This document shows, in pieces, positions 40,210 through 49,337 of a DNA stretch of 64,000 bases. The position numbers and the translations under genes are program-made. The stretch comes from a virus. The stretch is from positions 1-64,000 of the IMG/VR virus record IMGVR_UViG_3300031715_000003; one strand, given 5' to 3'. The notes below the pieces were generated by a model. It had not been told where the DNA came from. It ran no database searches and worked only from the letters and a program-made list of their open reading frames with translations. Every line of letters starts with the position of its first letter. The stretch's first letter is position 1.

Positions 40210-40788
40210 ATGAATACTGAACAGCAAACTCCAGAAGCCACATGCGATGAAATCGTAGCGGCCGTGTGCGATCTCCCCGAAATACCCAAGATAGGATGGA
40301 CCGTCGCAATACGGCGGCGACTTCCATTCGATGCTCTCGGGAAGTGTCCCATGACCCAGCAAATTCCAGTCGTCCTCGAACCAGAACTCTGGGCCAAGGT
40401 CATCGCCTGCATCATGATGAATCCGAAAATCAAAGCTACGGCCAGATGGCTGAATCCTACGTCCGCCTCTAAACATTCGGGCCGAACTCCTCCCGTAACA
40501 TTGGCCGACGCCATAAATCTAGCGCGGATGCTCGAGAAGTCTTTCCACGGGTGGCTGGCCGGAGTCTACGGCTCGGTTCTCAATGGGGAGGGCCGCGACG
40601 GAGATATCCTATTGACTCCGTGGCGAGAGGTTGCGATACCGCTGGTAGAGTTCGTGGAGAGCGCCACCAGCATGAAGATGTTGAAATCTGAGGCAGGGTT
40701 GATGGCGCACTCATATCTTATGATGGATCGGGACGGCAGGATCTTCGACCTTCGCTGGACGTATCCGTACTCTCCGAGGTACCAATGA
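40210..40788 (+). CDS. Hypothetical protein with a nucleotidyltransferase-like GS..DxD motif
   Basis: VYGSVLNGEGRDGDILL. Confidence 0.4.
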   Translation: MNTEQQTPEATCDEIVAAVCDLPEIPKIGWTVAIRRRLPFDALGKCPMTQQIPVVLEPELWAKVIACIMMNPKIKATARWLNPTSASKHSGRTPPVTLADAINLARMLEKSFHGWLAGVYGSVLNGEGRDGDILLTPWREVAIPLVEFVESATSMKMLKSEAGLMAHSYLMMDRDGRIFDLRWTYPYSPRYQ

Positions 40789-41129
40789 GTCCCAAAGAAT
40801 CAACTCCCCTGATGGAGGCGTGGGCCAAAGAACTGGCGCGCCAGATGCTGGAGCCACGCGATGGCGACTCTTCCGAATCCGTTCTCCTACGAGTCGCGAT
40901 CGCGCTCGTACAGGCTCGAGCAAAAGAAGCGCGGCATCTGGCCGGCGCATTCACCATCAAGAGCACCGACCCACATAATCCCCTCTGGGAATTTCACCGC
41001 TCCCTCGCGCGGCACCTAACGGACCGCGAGCATCTACTGGAGCAGTTCGCCCTGGACATGGCTGGCTTTAAAGAGGAGACGGCGATCGAACTCCCCGGAA
41101 TGCTTCAATAACAGACATAATTTTCTGCC

Positions 41130-41280
41130 TTGACTTTGTAGGGTATTCCGCCGTAAGATGGCCTTGCATCTCTCGTCGGGTCTGCTCCTGGCATGTCATC
41201 ACGCAGCGCTACACGGCAACGCGACGCAACGCAAGGAAATCGCACTGGGGGATAACAAACCAGAAATCGAACTCCCCCAG
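41130..41280 (+). ncRNA. Candidate ncRNA: promoter, 5-nt periodic tract and hairpin (copy A)
   Basis: TTGACT-18-TAAGAT; C at every 5th base from 41162 to 41232; CGCAACGCAAGGAAA; CTGGGGG..CCCCCAG stem. Confidence 0.5.
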
Positions 41281-41328
41281 GGCTAAATGGTTCAGTGATT
41301 CCGATAAAATGCAAGCAGGGAGAACACC

Positions 41329-41496
41329 ATGGCGATCCTATCCTTTATACTTCTGGTTTTCGCATTTGTGCTTTTCGTTCTGGCGGGCTTGGGCCTCCCC
41401 AGTCCTCCAGTGCCGCGCGGCAACCTGATCGGCTGGGGGCTGGCGTGTTGGGTTCTAGCGGAGATCCTAATGCACACCCCGCCATTGATTCACTGA
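41329..41496 (+). CDS. Small two-TM protein (55 aa)
   Basis: GGGAG SD; MAILSFILLVFAFVLFVLAGLG...LIGWGLACWVLAEIL. Confidence 0.6.
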   Translation: MAILSFILLVFAFVLFVLAGLGLPSPPVPRGNLIGWGLACWVLAEILMHTPPLIH

Positions 41497-41606
41497 ACGA
41501 ACGGACGCGATACAATAGCGGACATCGGGTCGGGCTCCGAAAGGAACCCGAAAATCAAACCCAACAATTTACCCTGTAAAAGGGGAGATCAACAACTGAA
41601 GCGGTA

Positions 41607-41633
41607 GAGAGCCGGGGGCGACCTCGGCTCTTT
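41607..41633 (+). terminator. Intrinsic terminator-like hairpin
   Basis: AGAGCCGGGG-GCGA-CCTCGGCTCT followed by TT. Confidence 0.6.
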
Positions 41634-41709
41634 CCGTTATCCCCACCGAAACGTTACAATCTTGTGCATTGCAATCCATAAGATCTTGCGCTACACTTGT
41701 CCTTAAAGA

Positions 41710-41931
41710 ATGCCAGAAGATCTGCCGGTTTTCGACGAACGCGTGGAGTTTCAGGGCACAACATACCTGCGGGAGTTAACATCCGATGCTCTCCGAACTC
41801 TCGGCAGGATGGGCAAAGTAGTGATCCTTAGAGATGGGACGGAGCGATTGTCTGCCCTCATTCCTTACGATCAATACGTCAAGCTTAATGAGATGGCCTT
41901 CGGTAAATCGAAGGAAGTTAAGAGCCAATGA
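41710..41931 (+). CDS. Phd/YefM-like antitoxin-fold protein
   Basis: LRE...L......VVILRDG....ALIPYDQY..L, with its own promoter TTGCAA-17-TACACT (41669-41697). Confidence 0.55.
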   Translation: MPEDLPVFDERVEFQGTTYLRELTSDALRTLGRMGKVVILRDGTERLSALIPYDQYVKLNEMAFGKSKEVKSQ

Positions 41932-41962
41932 CCGGTAGAGTCGGGGGAGAAAGAACACAACA

Positions 41963-42742
41963 ATGGAAGTTAAGATAACAGGAAAGCGGCTCGGGAAGCG
42001 TGCTCCTCGCTTGGATCCACGCACCCCACAGCTTAAGAACTATATCCGAGTTACGCCTCCCATTCCGCCTCCCGAGGTCAGTTGGATCACCAAGGCAACC
42101 GCTGCGGAACCATGGCCCATGCTAGCCAACGACACGCTTGGGGATTGTGTTGAGGCCGCCCAACTCCATATGATCGAGCAGTGGATCTACTACGGATCTG
42201 GGACGGTCCAACAGGCCCACAACAACGATGCCATCAAGCTATACGAAGCCGAGGGCGGATACGTGCCGGGGGATCCCAATACGGACAACGGAACCGACAT
42301 GCTGACGGCCCTTAACTATTGGAAAAACACCGGTGCCAAAATAGGGACCGTAGTTCATAAGATCGCGGGATACGTGAAGGTGGATCCCACCAACGACACC
42401 GAAGTCCAGATGGCCATCTGGGTATTCGGAAATCTCTTCACCGGGATACAACTGCCTTTGTCGGCCCAAGTCCAGACGTCTTGGACTGTACCGGCCGGCG
42501 GACCGTACGGGGATGGGTCACCGGGGTCGTGGGGGGGGCATTGCGTCCCGATAATGGCCCGCTCTCCCGAAAGCTGCACCTGCATTACGTGGGGTTCGGT
42601 ACTGAAGATGAGCCACAATTTCTTCAGCGATTACGTCGACGAGTGCTACGCAGTTCTGGCCCCCGATTGGCTCAATGCCGCTTCCGTATCACCCGGTGGT
42701 CTTGATCTGGCGCAACTACAGGCAGACCTCGCGGCACTTTAG
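41963..42742 (+). CDS. Papain-like cysteine peptidase-like protein
   Basis: MLANDTLGDCVEAA (catalytic Cys), WGGHCV (His) and ITWG. Confidence 0.65.
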   Translation: MEVKITGKRLGKRAPRLDPRTPQLKNYIRVTPPIPPPEVSWITKATAAEPWPMLANDTLGDCVEAAQLHMIEQWIYYGSGTVQQAHNNDAIKLYEAEGGYVPGDPNTDNGTDMLTALNYWKNTGAKIGTVVHKIAGYVKVDPTNDTEVQMAIWVFGNLFTGIQLPLSAQVQTSWTVPAGGPYGDGSPGSWGGHCVPIMARSPESCTCITWGSVLKMSHNFFSDYVDECYAVLAPDWLNAASVSPGGLDLAQLQADLAAL

Positions 42743-42988
42743 GAGAAGCCCAAATGTGGATGACGGATTACATCAGAGAAGTAAAAAAGCAGTTTCGGGA
42801 TCTGTACGGGTTCAAACCCACAGATGACTGCTCGCCGGATGATCCAGTCTACGAAGAGGGGAAGGTCCCGGACGGAGTCTACCCGATGATCATCGAAGGG
42901 AAGATGGACTTTTTGGAAATTAAGTGCGGCAAAATTAACTGCTGCAACGAGAAACCAAAAGGACCGTTGCAGTACGTAGGATAGGCAA

Positions 42989-44092
42989 GTGACTCCTGTC
43001 GCCCATCCCAACGTTCATCGCCCATGGTCTCAATGGAGCGAAGAGCAGAAACTTCACGTCGCGACCTGCTATTCCAACCCCTTTCGATGGAGGACGCGGC
43101 GGGAACTGGCGGACGATTTTCGCCGGCACATGGAGCAGTCTCCCAACGTCATGCTTCACTTCGGGGAACTCGCTTATGGAGAACGCCCGTTTGAGGTCAC
43201 GGGAGAAGATCCGCGGGACGTGCAACTGCGAACCCACCACGAATTATTCCACAAAGAAAACATCCTCAATGCCGTAATCCGGCGCTTTCCTCCAGACTGG
43301 CAATACGGAGCCTGGATCGATGCGGACTTCCATTTCACACGCCACGATTGGGCCCTTGAGGCAATCCACCAACTCCAGCACTACGATTTCGTTCAGTTGT
43401 TCTCAAGCTACTCCGATGTGACCGGAAGAACTTACGGGCAAGGGCATCTGCCGACGCGCGTCAACACTGGCTTTGCATTCAACTATGTCCAGCGCGGCTG
43501 CGCCATGCCGGAGGGATTCCGGGATGGTGGCTGGACCATTGCAAAAGAGAAAGGAGAAGGCTACGACGACGTAACCAAGAAATCCTCCATGCTCTCTCCC
43601 GGTGGCTGGGGACGGGTTCGGGATGGCGTTGGGGCCACGGGCGGAGCTTGGGCGTTTAGGCGGTCCGCGTTCGATACCGTCGGGGGGCTCCTCGACAAAT
43701 GCATCCTGGGACACGGCGACTGGTTCATGACGTTCGGGCTGGTGGGACAGACAGCTCCCGATATGCACCATGAGCAGTACACCGATGATTACAGGAATGT
43801 GATCGTTAGCTGGCAGCAAAACGCCGCCCGGCTACACAAGAACATCGGGTACGTGGATTGCTTTGCGGTCCATCATTTCCATGGGTCTAAGATCAAACGC
43901 GCCTATTCCCATCGTGATCTGATTCTTGCACAACACAGGTTCCGCCCATCAACTGATTTGGTTCAGGACTGGCAGGGCATCTATCAACTTTCTCCACACC
44001 GGCCAGAATTGCGGGATGCCATTAGGGCTTACTTCATCAGCCGCAACGAAGACGATCCTAATTTGTACGGCGGGGAAAAGACGCTGGTATGA
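42989..44092 (+). CDS. Putative GT-A fold glycosyltransferase
   Basis: LFHKENILN, AWIDAD (DxD), GGAWAFRR..FD.VGGL, LGHGD, HHFHG. Confidence 0.6.
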   Translation: MTPVAHPNVHRPWSQWSEEQKLHVATCYSNPFRWRTRRELADDFRRHMEQSPNVMLHFGELAYGERPFEVTGEDPRDVQLRTHHELFHKENILNAVIRRFPPDWQYGAWIDADFHFTRHDWALEAIHQLQHYDFVQLFSSYSDVTGRTYGQGHLPTRVNTGFAFNYVQRGCAMPEGFRDGGWTIAKEKGEGYDDVTKKSSMLSPGGWGRVRDGVGATGGAWAFRRSAFDTVGGLLDKCILGHGDWFMTFGLVGQTAPDMHHEQYTDDYRNVIVSWQQNAARLHKNIGYVDCFAVHHFHGSKIKRAYSHRDLILAQHRFRPSTDLVQDWQGIYQLSPHRPELRDAIRAYFISRNEDDPNLYGGEKTLV

Positions 44093-44362
44093 TCTGGCAA
44101 AACTGGGTTGGTCTTGGAATTGAGGCGGTGTGCGTAATGCTATTCCTCTGGAAAGAGGAAGATGGCGGGAAGCGAATTTTTTCCCTACTGCTGAACATCA
44201 TTATTGCCGCTATGCTTTTGTGGAGATGAAGCCAATGGACATACCGGAACGTTGTAAGTTATGCGGCTGCAAACTAACTTTGGTGCAGGAGCATGCGGTA
44301 GATTTCGAATGCGGATCCAGATTCTACCGGGAAACGGGAAACTGGTACCGTGGTACTTCCTC

Positions 44363-44908
44363 ATGAGCCTAAAGTACCGGGAGTCCATCGTCGACCTCCA
44401 CCAGGAACTCAAGTTCCCCATCGAGCAACTCAAACTGCAGAAGGATCGCGTCATTATCCGCGACCTCCAGGAAGAAGAAAAAGTCGGCTCGATCTGGATT
44501 CCCGAAGTCAGCCGTGACCAGTCGCGATTGCGCTGGGGCATCGTGGTGGCGGTTGGGCCGGGCGAAACATACATTGAGCGCGTCATTAGCCGCTACACCA
44601 CGACTCCTGATGGATATCCAGAGACCCATAGAATCCCCATCATGTGCAGCAAATGCAGGGGAGGACGCTTTGTGCGGATTCCGCCACGTCAAAGTCAGCA
44701 GGGCCTGGAACCGGGAGCCAGCCTCCCCTGCGAAAAGTGCCGGGGTACCGGTCGTGGGCGTCTTCCCCTGGACGTAAAGGTGGGGGACAAGGTACTGTAC
44801 GACCGGCGCAGGGAAGCCGAGTTCTTCTGGCAAGGACAGCGCTACAACATCGTGTACGAGGAACAAGCGATAATAGGAATCTATACGGGGAGTTCGGATG
44901 GCGGTTAA
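44363..44908 (+). CDS. groES: GroES/cpn10 co-chaperonin with a zinc-finger insertion
   Basis: DRVII....EEKVGSIWIP, GIVVAVGPG, PLDVKVGDKVLY, GQRY.IV.E..IIGI. Confidence 0.85.
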   Translation: MSLKYRESIVDLHQELKFPIEQLKLQKDRVIIRDLQEEEKVGSIWIPEVSRDQSRLRWGIVVAVGPGETYIERVISRYTTTPDGYPETHRIPIMCSKCRGGRFVRIPPRQSQQGLEPGASLPCEKCRGTGRGRLPLDVKVGDKVLYDRRREAEFFWQGQRYNIVYEEQAIIGIYTGSSDGG

Positions 44909-45578
44909 AGTTTCCGATGTAGAGAGCATGAAAGACATGGCTGGAATACCGGTTCATCCGGGAGACCGCGTTCTATGTTTCAATGCCGTCCCTTCAGGCT
45001 GGACCATGGATCAAGTCCGCGCTAAGATCAGAGGGGAATTGGAGCACCCGGGAGTACCTGGCGTGCTATTTGAGAAAAACGGCTTGCTGTACATTCGCCA
45101 CTCCGATGGAGGAACCACTGGGTGCGATCCAAGTGATCCAGACTTCGGCGTCCGAGTTTTGACGCCATCAATGGGGAGTACGCATGCCGATTGATTGGAC
45201 AGCGCCGCTCGAATTCGCCACCAGAGAAGATCGGGCCATTTGGCCCAACGTGAAACTGCTCCACACGCTCTCCGGGGATTATCTACCAAGAGTTGTCGTA
45301 GCGGCCGATAGCAAAGGTAGGGATGCTGTCCTGTTTTTTTCTGAAGACGGAACGGGTGACCGCGGGACTCTGCGCAATGTTCCGGGCAACGCTCTGGGTA
45401 GGGCTGCGTTTTTCGGCTACCATAAACAGCGGCAGCGCGCGTTCGATGATTATAAGATAGCGGTCGATTGGGCTGAAGCCAACCAGAATCTTTGGATCGC
45501 CGCAGCCTGGGCCGCCATCAAAGAATACGAAAGTTCTGAGGGGAGTTCAGAAGCAGACTCCCCCGCAAAGGAGAAAAC

Positions 45579-46322
45579 ATGAAACACAGACTGTTGGCAT
45601 CCGCACTCCTCACGGCGTGCATGGCCTTTGGACAAACCAGCACATGGGTGGGCAGCACTTTGGTAGCTGGTTCAAATTGCTTAATTATGAACGGCGTACC
45701 TGCGGGGACATTCGTTTGCGACCCAGCAGGCAGCATTCCGGCGAAGCCACAAAAGCCACGGCTTCCCAACTTCACCAAGGCGCAACTCCTCGCCTCAGTC
45801 CATATAATCCCGGCCGCCAGCATCGCCGGTCCAGAGTATATGAAGGTGGCGAAAGCGATCTCCCTGAAGTCTGCCGCTACCGACGAATCGCAGATGGGAG
45901 AACTGCTCAATCGGCATGGCTTCAAGATCTTCGACTTCGACAAAGTCGATACCTACCTGTACAACAAGGCGCTACAGCAAAAGGCGGGAACCAGATGGGT
46001 TTGGAAGCCGCTCCGCACCCGCGACCATGACTGGCTCCAGAATACCGGCCTAACGTATCGGCAATTTGATGGATTTGGATACGTCGATAACGTCAAGTAC
46101 GTGCATGCGATTCCCGAAAAGACTCTTGATAAAATAGCCTGCCTGATTGACGAGATGCCCGAAGCCCTTTTTCTGGTGAGCGATTACGAAGTCATCAAGC
46201 CCGATCCATTCCTCGCCGTGACGACTGCCGATATGCTAGAAGCCCATCGGCTATTCATCATCGACATGTGGGATGAGCCGGGCTTCGGGGAGAACGCTCC
46301 CAGTATCGTGGCTAGCAGGTGA
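45579..46322 (+). CDS. Secreted-type hypothetical protein
   Basis: Signal peptide MKHRLLASALLTACMAFG; AAGGAG SD. Confidence 0.6.
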   Translation: MKHRLLASALLTACMAFGQTSTWVGSTLVAGSNCLIMNGVPAGTFVCDPAGSIPAKPQKPRLPNFTKAQLLASVHIIPAASIAGPEYMKVAKAISLKSAATDESQMGELLNRHGFKIFDFDKVDTYLYNKALQQKAGTRWVWKPLRTRDHDWLQNTGLTYRQFDGFGYVDNVKYVHAIPEKTLDKIACLIDEMPEALFLVSDYEVIKPDPFLAVTTADMLEAHRLFIIDMWDEPGFGENAPSIVASR

Positions 46323-46833
46323 CGCAATGGAGCCAACTAACTATTCCGGAGTAGGGTTGCAGCCGCAATATGTTGGGCCGGGAGCTTCGCTTGGTCAGCA
46401 AGTCAACAACGCTACCGCTCAGCCGGTCGAGCCGAACCTAGCCAAAAAGTTGGAAGAGGCCCAGGGATACCTTATGCAACTCCACGACATTCTTGGAAGC
46501 ATCGAGGAATCGCTACAGGGGCCGCAACCCAACAAGAATGGCACGGCTGGTTCCACTGTTGATCGCGTTCTTTCAATCAACGAGCGCGCGGCCATCATCT
46601 CGAAACTTGCGGCCAACGCCGTCGGCTGGGCCGGCACCATCAAAGCGAAGCTATCATAAGCGTTCTCCCCCGATGATGCCCCACCTCCTCATTGCTGTCG
46701 GCGCGTTTTACTGCGGATTCCTCTGTGCGGTCGCGGAGGTATATCGCCGTGAGCGCACAAAGCACGGGTGGGAGGAACTGGAGCGCTGGCGCCGCAAATA
46801 CATCCTCGGTCCAGGAGGGGTCGGAGAACGTCC

Positions 46834-47133
46834 ATGATCGCGCGCTTCGTACTTATATTTCTGCTGGCGTGGGGCGCAATGGCGTGGCAGGATCGTCCTA
46901 TCCCGGACTATCCAGGGGACGACAATCCCCAACACAATGGCCAACCGATGTGGTGCCAAGCGCGTGACGAGAACGGTCACAAGAAGAACTGCGGCGTGTG
47001 CGACATGCACTGCAGCCAGGATGGAACGCCTATCGAGTCTAACAAATGCCGGGTATATTGTCGGCATGGGGCCTGCCGCTGTCATCGTCCGTGCATCACC
47101 AGCACTCCCAAGGGGGAGCACGGTCGCAGTTAA
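46834..47133 (+). CDS. Small secreted Cys-rich protein
   Basis: Signal peptide MIARFVLIFLLAWGAMA followed by about 9 Cys. Confidence 0.55.
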   Translation: MIARFVLIFLLAWGAMAWQDRPIPDYPGDDNPQHNGQPMWCQARDENGHKKNCGVCDMHCSQDGTPIESNKCRVYCRHGACRCHRPCITSTPKGEHGRS

Positions 47134-47134
47134 T

Positions 47135-47338
47135 ATGCAAACCATGACGCGTGCAGAATGGGACATTTTAGCTGTAGCGACGGACGCCTTTGACGACAAG
47201 TTGAAAGCCAAACGTTGGCTAGATCAGCCGAGCATTGAACTCGGTAATAAGCGCCCCATAGACATGGTCAACACCGTGGCGGGATACCGCGCGGTGGCGC
47301 ATGTGCTCAACAACATCAAGTGGGGTATCCCTGCCTGA
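47135..47338 (+). CDS. Xre/MbcA/ParS antitoxin C-terminal domain (DUF2384-like), orphan
   Basis: A..AF.D..KA.RWL.QP...LGNKRPIDMV.T.AG...V..VL..I.WG..A. Confidence 0.8.
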   Translation: MQTMTRAEWDILAVATDAFDDKLKAKRWLDQPSIELGNKRPIDMVNTVAGYRAVAHVLNNIKWGIPA

Positions 47339-47901
47339 TGCGGGCGCACGACGTCTTCCACCAAAACGATGGAGAGGTCACCAAGCAGTACTACGCCGAC
47401 CTCTGCAAGTTAGGACCATTGGGGGAGATCGCCGTAGCGTTGTTCCGCGCGCAGAAGCGCTCCAGCCGGGCGAAGGATTACCGGCGCGGCCGTTTCAGGA
47501 GAGCGGCCTACGATGTGAAGTCCTGGAGCATGCAACAACTCTGCGGTCTGCTGGCCCTGCACGGCGGGGAGTTCAGATGGGGCTGGAAAGAAGATCCCGA
47601 TGTACTGTTCGGACAAGACGCTTCGTTCGTGCTATACGTCGATCTCCCCCAAGGATTCGGCCAAGTCTCATTTCACTCTCCCAGCCGCATGGATGGTCCA
47701 GAGTACGTGGGCGAGTGGGACGGCCATAAAGGGATGAGCGAGGAGCGCATCATTGCGTTCTGCGATTGGGTAGAAAATGGCGTGTGGGCTACCCCCGTAA
47801 AGTTGAGCGTGCCGGAGATACAGGAGCAGTATAATCAGCACCTGTCGGTGATGATCGAAACCCAGATGTCACTTCTGGAATTGAGGACCTCCGATGAATG
47901 A
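47338..47901 (+). CDS. Hypothetical phage protein
   Basis: TGATG coupling; VLYVDLP..GQVSFH...Y.GEWDG motif. Confidence 0.6.
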   Translation: MRAHDVFHQNDGEVTKQYYADLCKLGPLGEIAVALFRAQKRSSRAKDYRRGRFRRAAYDVKSWSMQQLCGLLALHGGEFRWGWKEDPDVLFGQDASFVLYVDLPQGFGQVSFHSPSRMDGPEYVGEWDGHKGMSEERIIAFCDWVENGVWATPVKLSVPEIQEQYNQHLSVMIETQMSLLELRTSDE

Positions 47902-48295
47902 TCCCCGCACCCGTGCTCAACGATGCTCCGATGCCGTAGCCCGGTTCTGCGGTTCGTGGTCCTTCATCATCGTCTTCACCGTGATCGTTCTCCTCTGGAT
48001 CGGCGTCAACACCCTATGGCTGATATTTCGTGCGGTCTTCGACCCATATCCATTCATCGCCCTGAACCTGTTCCTCACTATCATTAGCACCTTCCAGGGA
48101 CCGCTCATCATGATGAGCCAGAACCGGCAGGCAGAGCGCGAGCACGAGGCCACGCTGAAAATTTTAGAGGAGATTCATAACGCTCTGTACAGCCTTCCGC
48201 CGAGCGTTGAACGTGCGGACGTTCTCTACGGAGGACACCTTCAGGATCATCCGTCATTGCGAGCGTCCTCCCCCTCTGATAACCTGAAGCCATAA
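47894..48295 (+). CDS. DUF1003 membrane protein
   Basis: D.VARFCGSWSFI, FDPYPFIALNL.L, QGPLIMMSQNRQ. Confidence 0.85.
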   Translation: MNDPRTRAQRCSDAVARFCGSWSFIIVFTVIVLLWIGVNTLWLIFRAVFDPYPFIALNLFLTIISTFQGPLIMMSQNRQAEREHEATLKILEEIHNALYSLPPSVERADVLYGGHLQDHPSLRASSPSDNLKP

Positions 48296-48326
48296 ACGCC
48301 ACCACGAAAGTTGGAGGAATTGTTTT

Positions 48327-48410
48327 ATGGCCGAAAAATGGATAGCGGGTGCGATTAAACACGGCAGCAGTGGTTTCGGGTGCGTGAAATTTCCACGCCA
48401 GAAGCGATGA
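48327..48410 (+). pseudogene. Truncated duplicate 5' end of the small basic protein gene
   Basis: GGAGG SD plus MAEKWIAGAIKH, then it runs into the antisense LAGLIDADG ORF. Confidence 0.6.
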
Positions 48411-48882
48411 GTAGCGTGCGGAATCGGCCATGAAATCCTGGTTTGTATCCGAGTTGCTTACCGATGCAGCGCAGGCTGTGGCCCGCGCGGTAAAGTTCCT
48501 GGATACGCGGGAGCAGTTTCTCCCCGACAGTAGGACGATTAATCCATTCCATTATCTGCTTCAACCTAGCTGCCTTTTCTGGAGCCATGAACCCAACCTT
48601 TTCTGCGTAGATCCTAATGCTGTCTGCCCTGCAGATGTGCAGTGTCCGGCAGGGCTTACGGTTTCTTCTCCGTCTGATGGACCATTCGGAAAATTCGATG
48701 CCGAGCATCGCCAGGTATTCCTGGCATGTATCCATGAGGAGCGCATCAGTGTTGGTCACCGTAAGGTAGTAGGCCGTGTGCTTGCGTCCACTGGATTCCT
48801 TTCGAAAAGAAACCGAACCTTCGCCGTCAAAGAACCCGCGAAGCCAACCGGCCATGAAGTCTTTGGATACTTTTCGCAACAT
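48355..48882 (-). CDS. Free-standing LAGLIDADG homing endonuclease with a C-terminal HTH
   Basis: WLRGFFDGEGSV, VTNTD..L, VGF..PEK..RL; antisense to its neighbours. Confidence 0.85.
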   Translation of the reverse strand: MLRKVSKDFMAGWLRGFFDGEGSVSFRKESSGRKHTAYYLTVTNTDALLMDTCQEYLAMLGIEFSEWSIRRRRNRKPCRTLHICRADSIRIYAEKVGFMAPEKAARLKQIMEWINRPTVGEKLLPRIQELYRAGHSLRCIGKQLGYKPGFHGRFRTLLIASGVEISRTRNHCCRV

Positions 48883-48925
48883 GCCTTATATAGTAGCACT
48901 TGTAATCCAACTAAAGGAGTAGAAA

Positions 48926-49108
48926 ATGGCTGAAAAATGGATTCAGAAGGCCAACATCAAAAAGGGCGCCCTTCACCGGCAACTTGGAGTCCCGCAGGGA
49001 GAAAAGATCCCAGCCAAGAAACTAGCTGCCGCCGCAAAGAAGGGCGGCACACTTGGGCACCGGGCGAGGCTGGCCCAGACGCTCAAGGGTATGGCGAACC
49101 AAAAGTAG
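48926..49108 (+). CDS. Small basic (K/A-rich) phage protein
   Basis: AAGGAG SD; MAEKWIQKANIKKGALHRQLGVPQGEKIPAKKL. Confidence 0.75.
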   Translation: MAEKWIQKANIKKGALHRQLGVPQGEKIPAKKLAAAAKKGGTLGHRARLAQTLKGMANQK

Positions 49109-49337
49109 TGGCGAGCGAACTCCCCATCTGCAAGACCTGCGGAGCATCGCTTGATGGATGCCCTGTGGTCATTACTGAGGGGAACACGTTCCACAGATTC
49201 TGGACGGACTGCCGCAGAACCAATGAACGTCTGAGGACCAGCGCAGCCGATCTCCTCGAAGAGAACCAGCAGTTGCGCGGACTCCTAAAGGCAGCGATAA
49301 AAACCGCAGAAGACAATGACCGCCGCAGGAAGCGATA

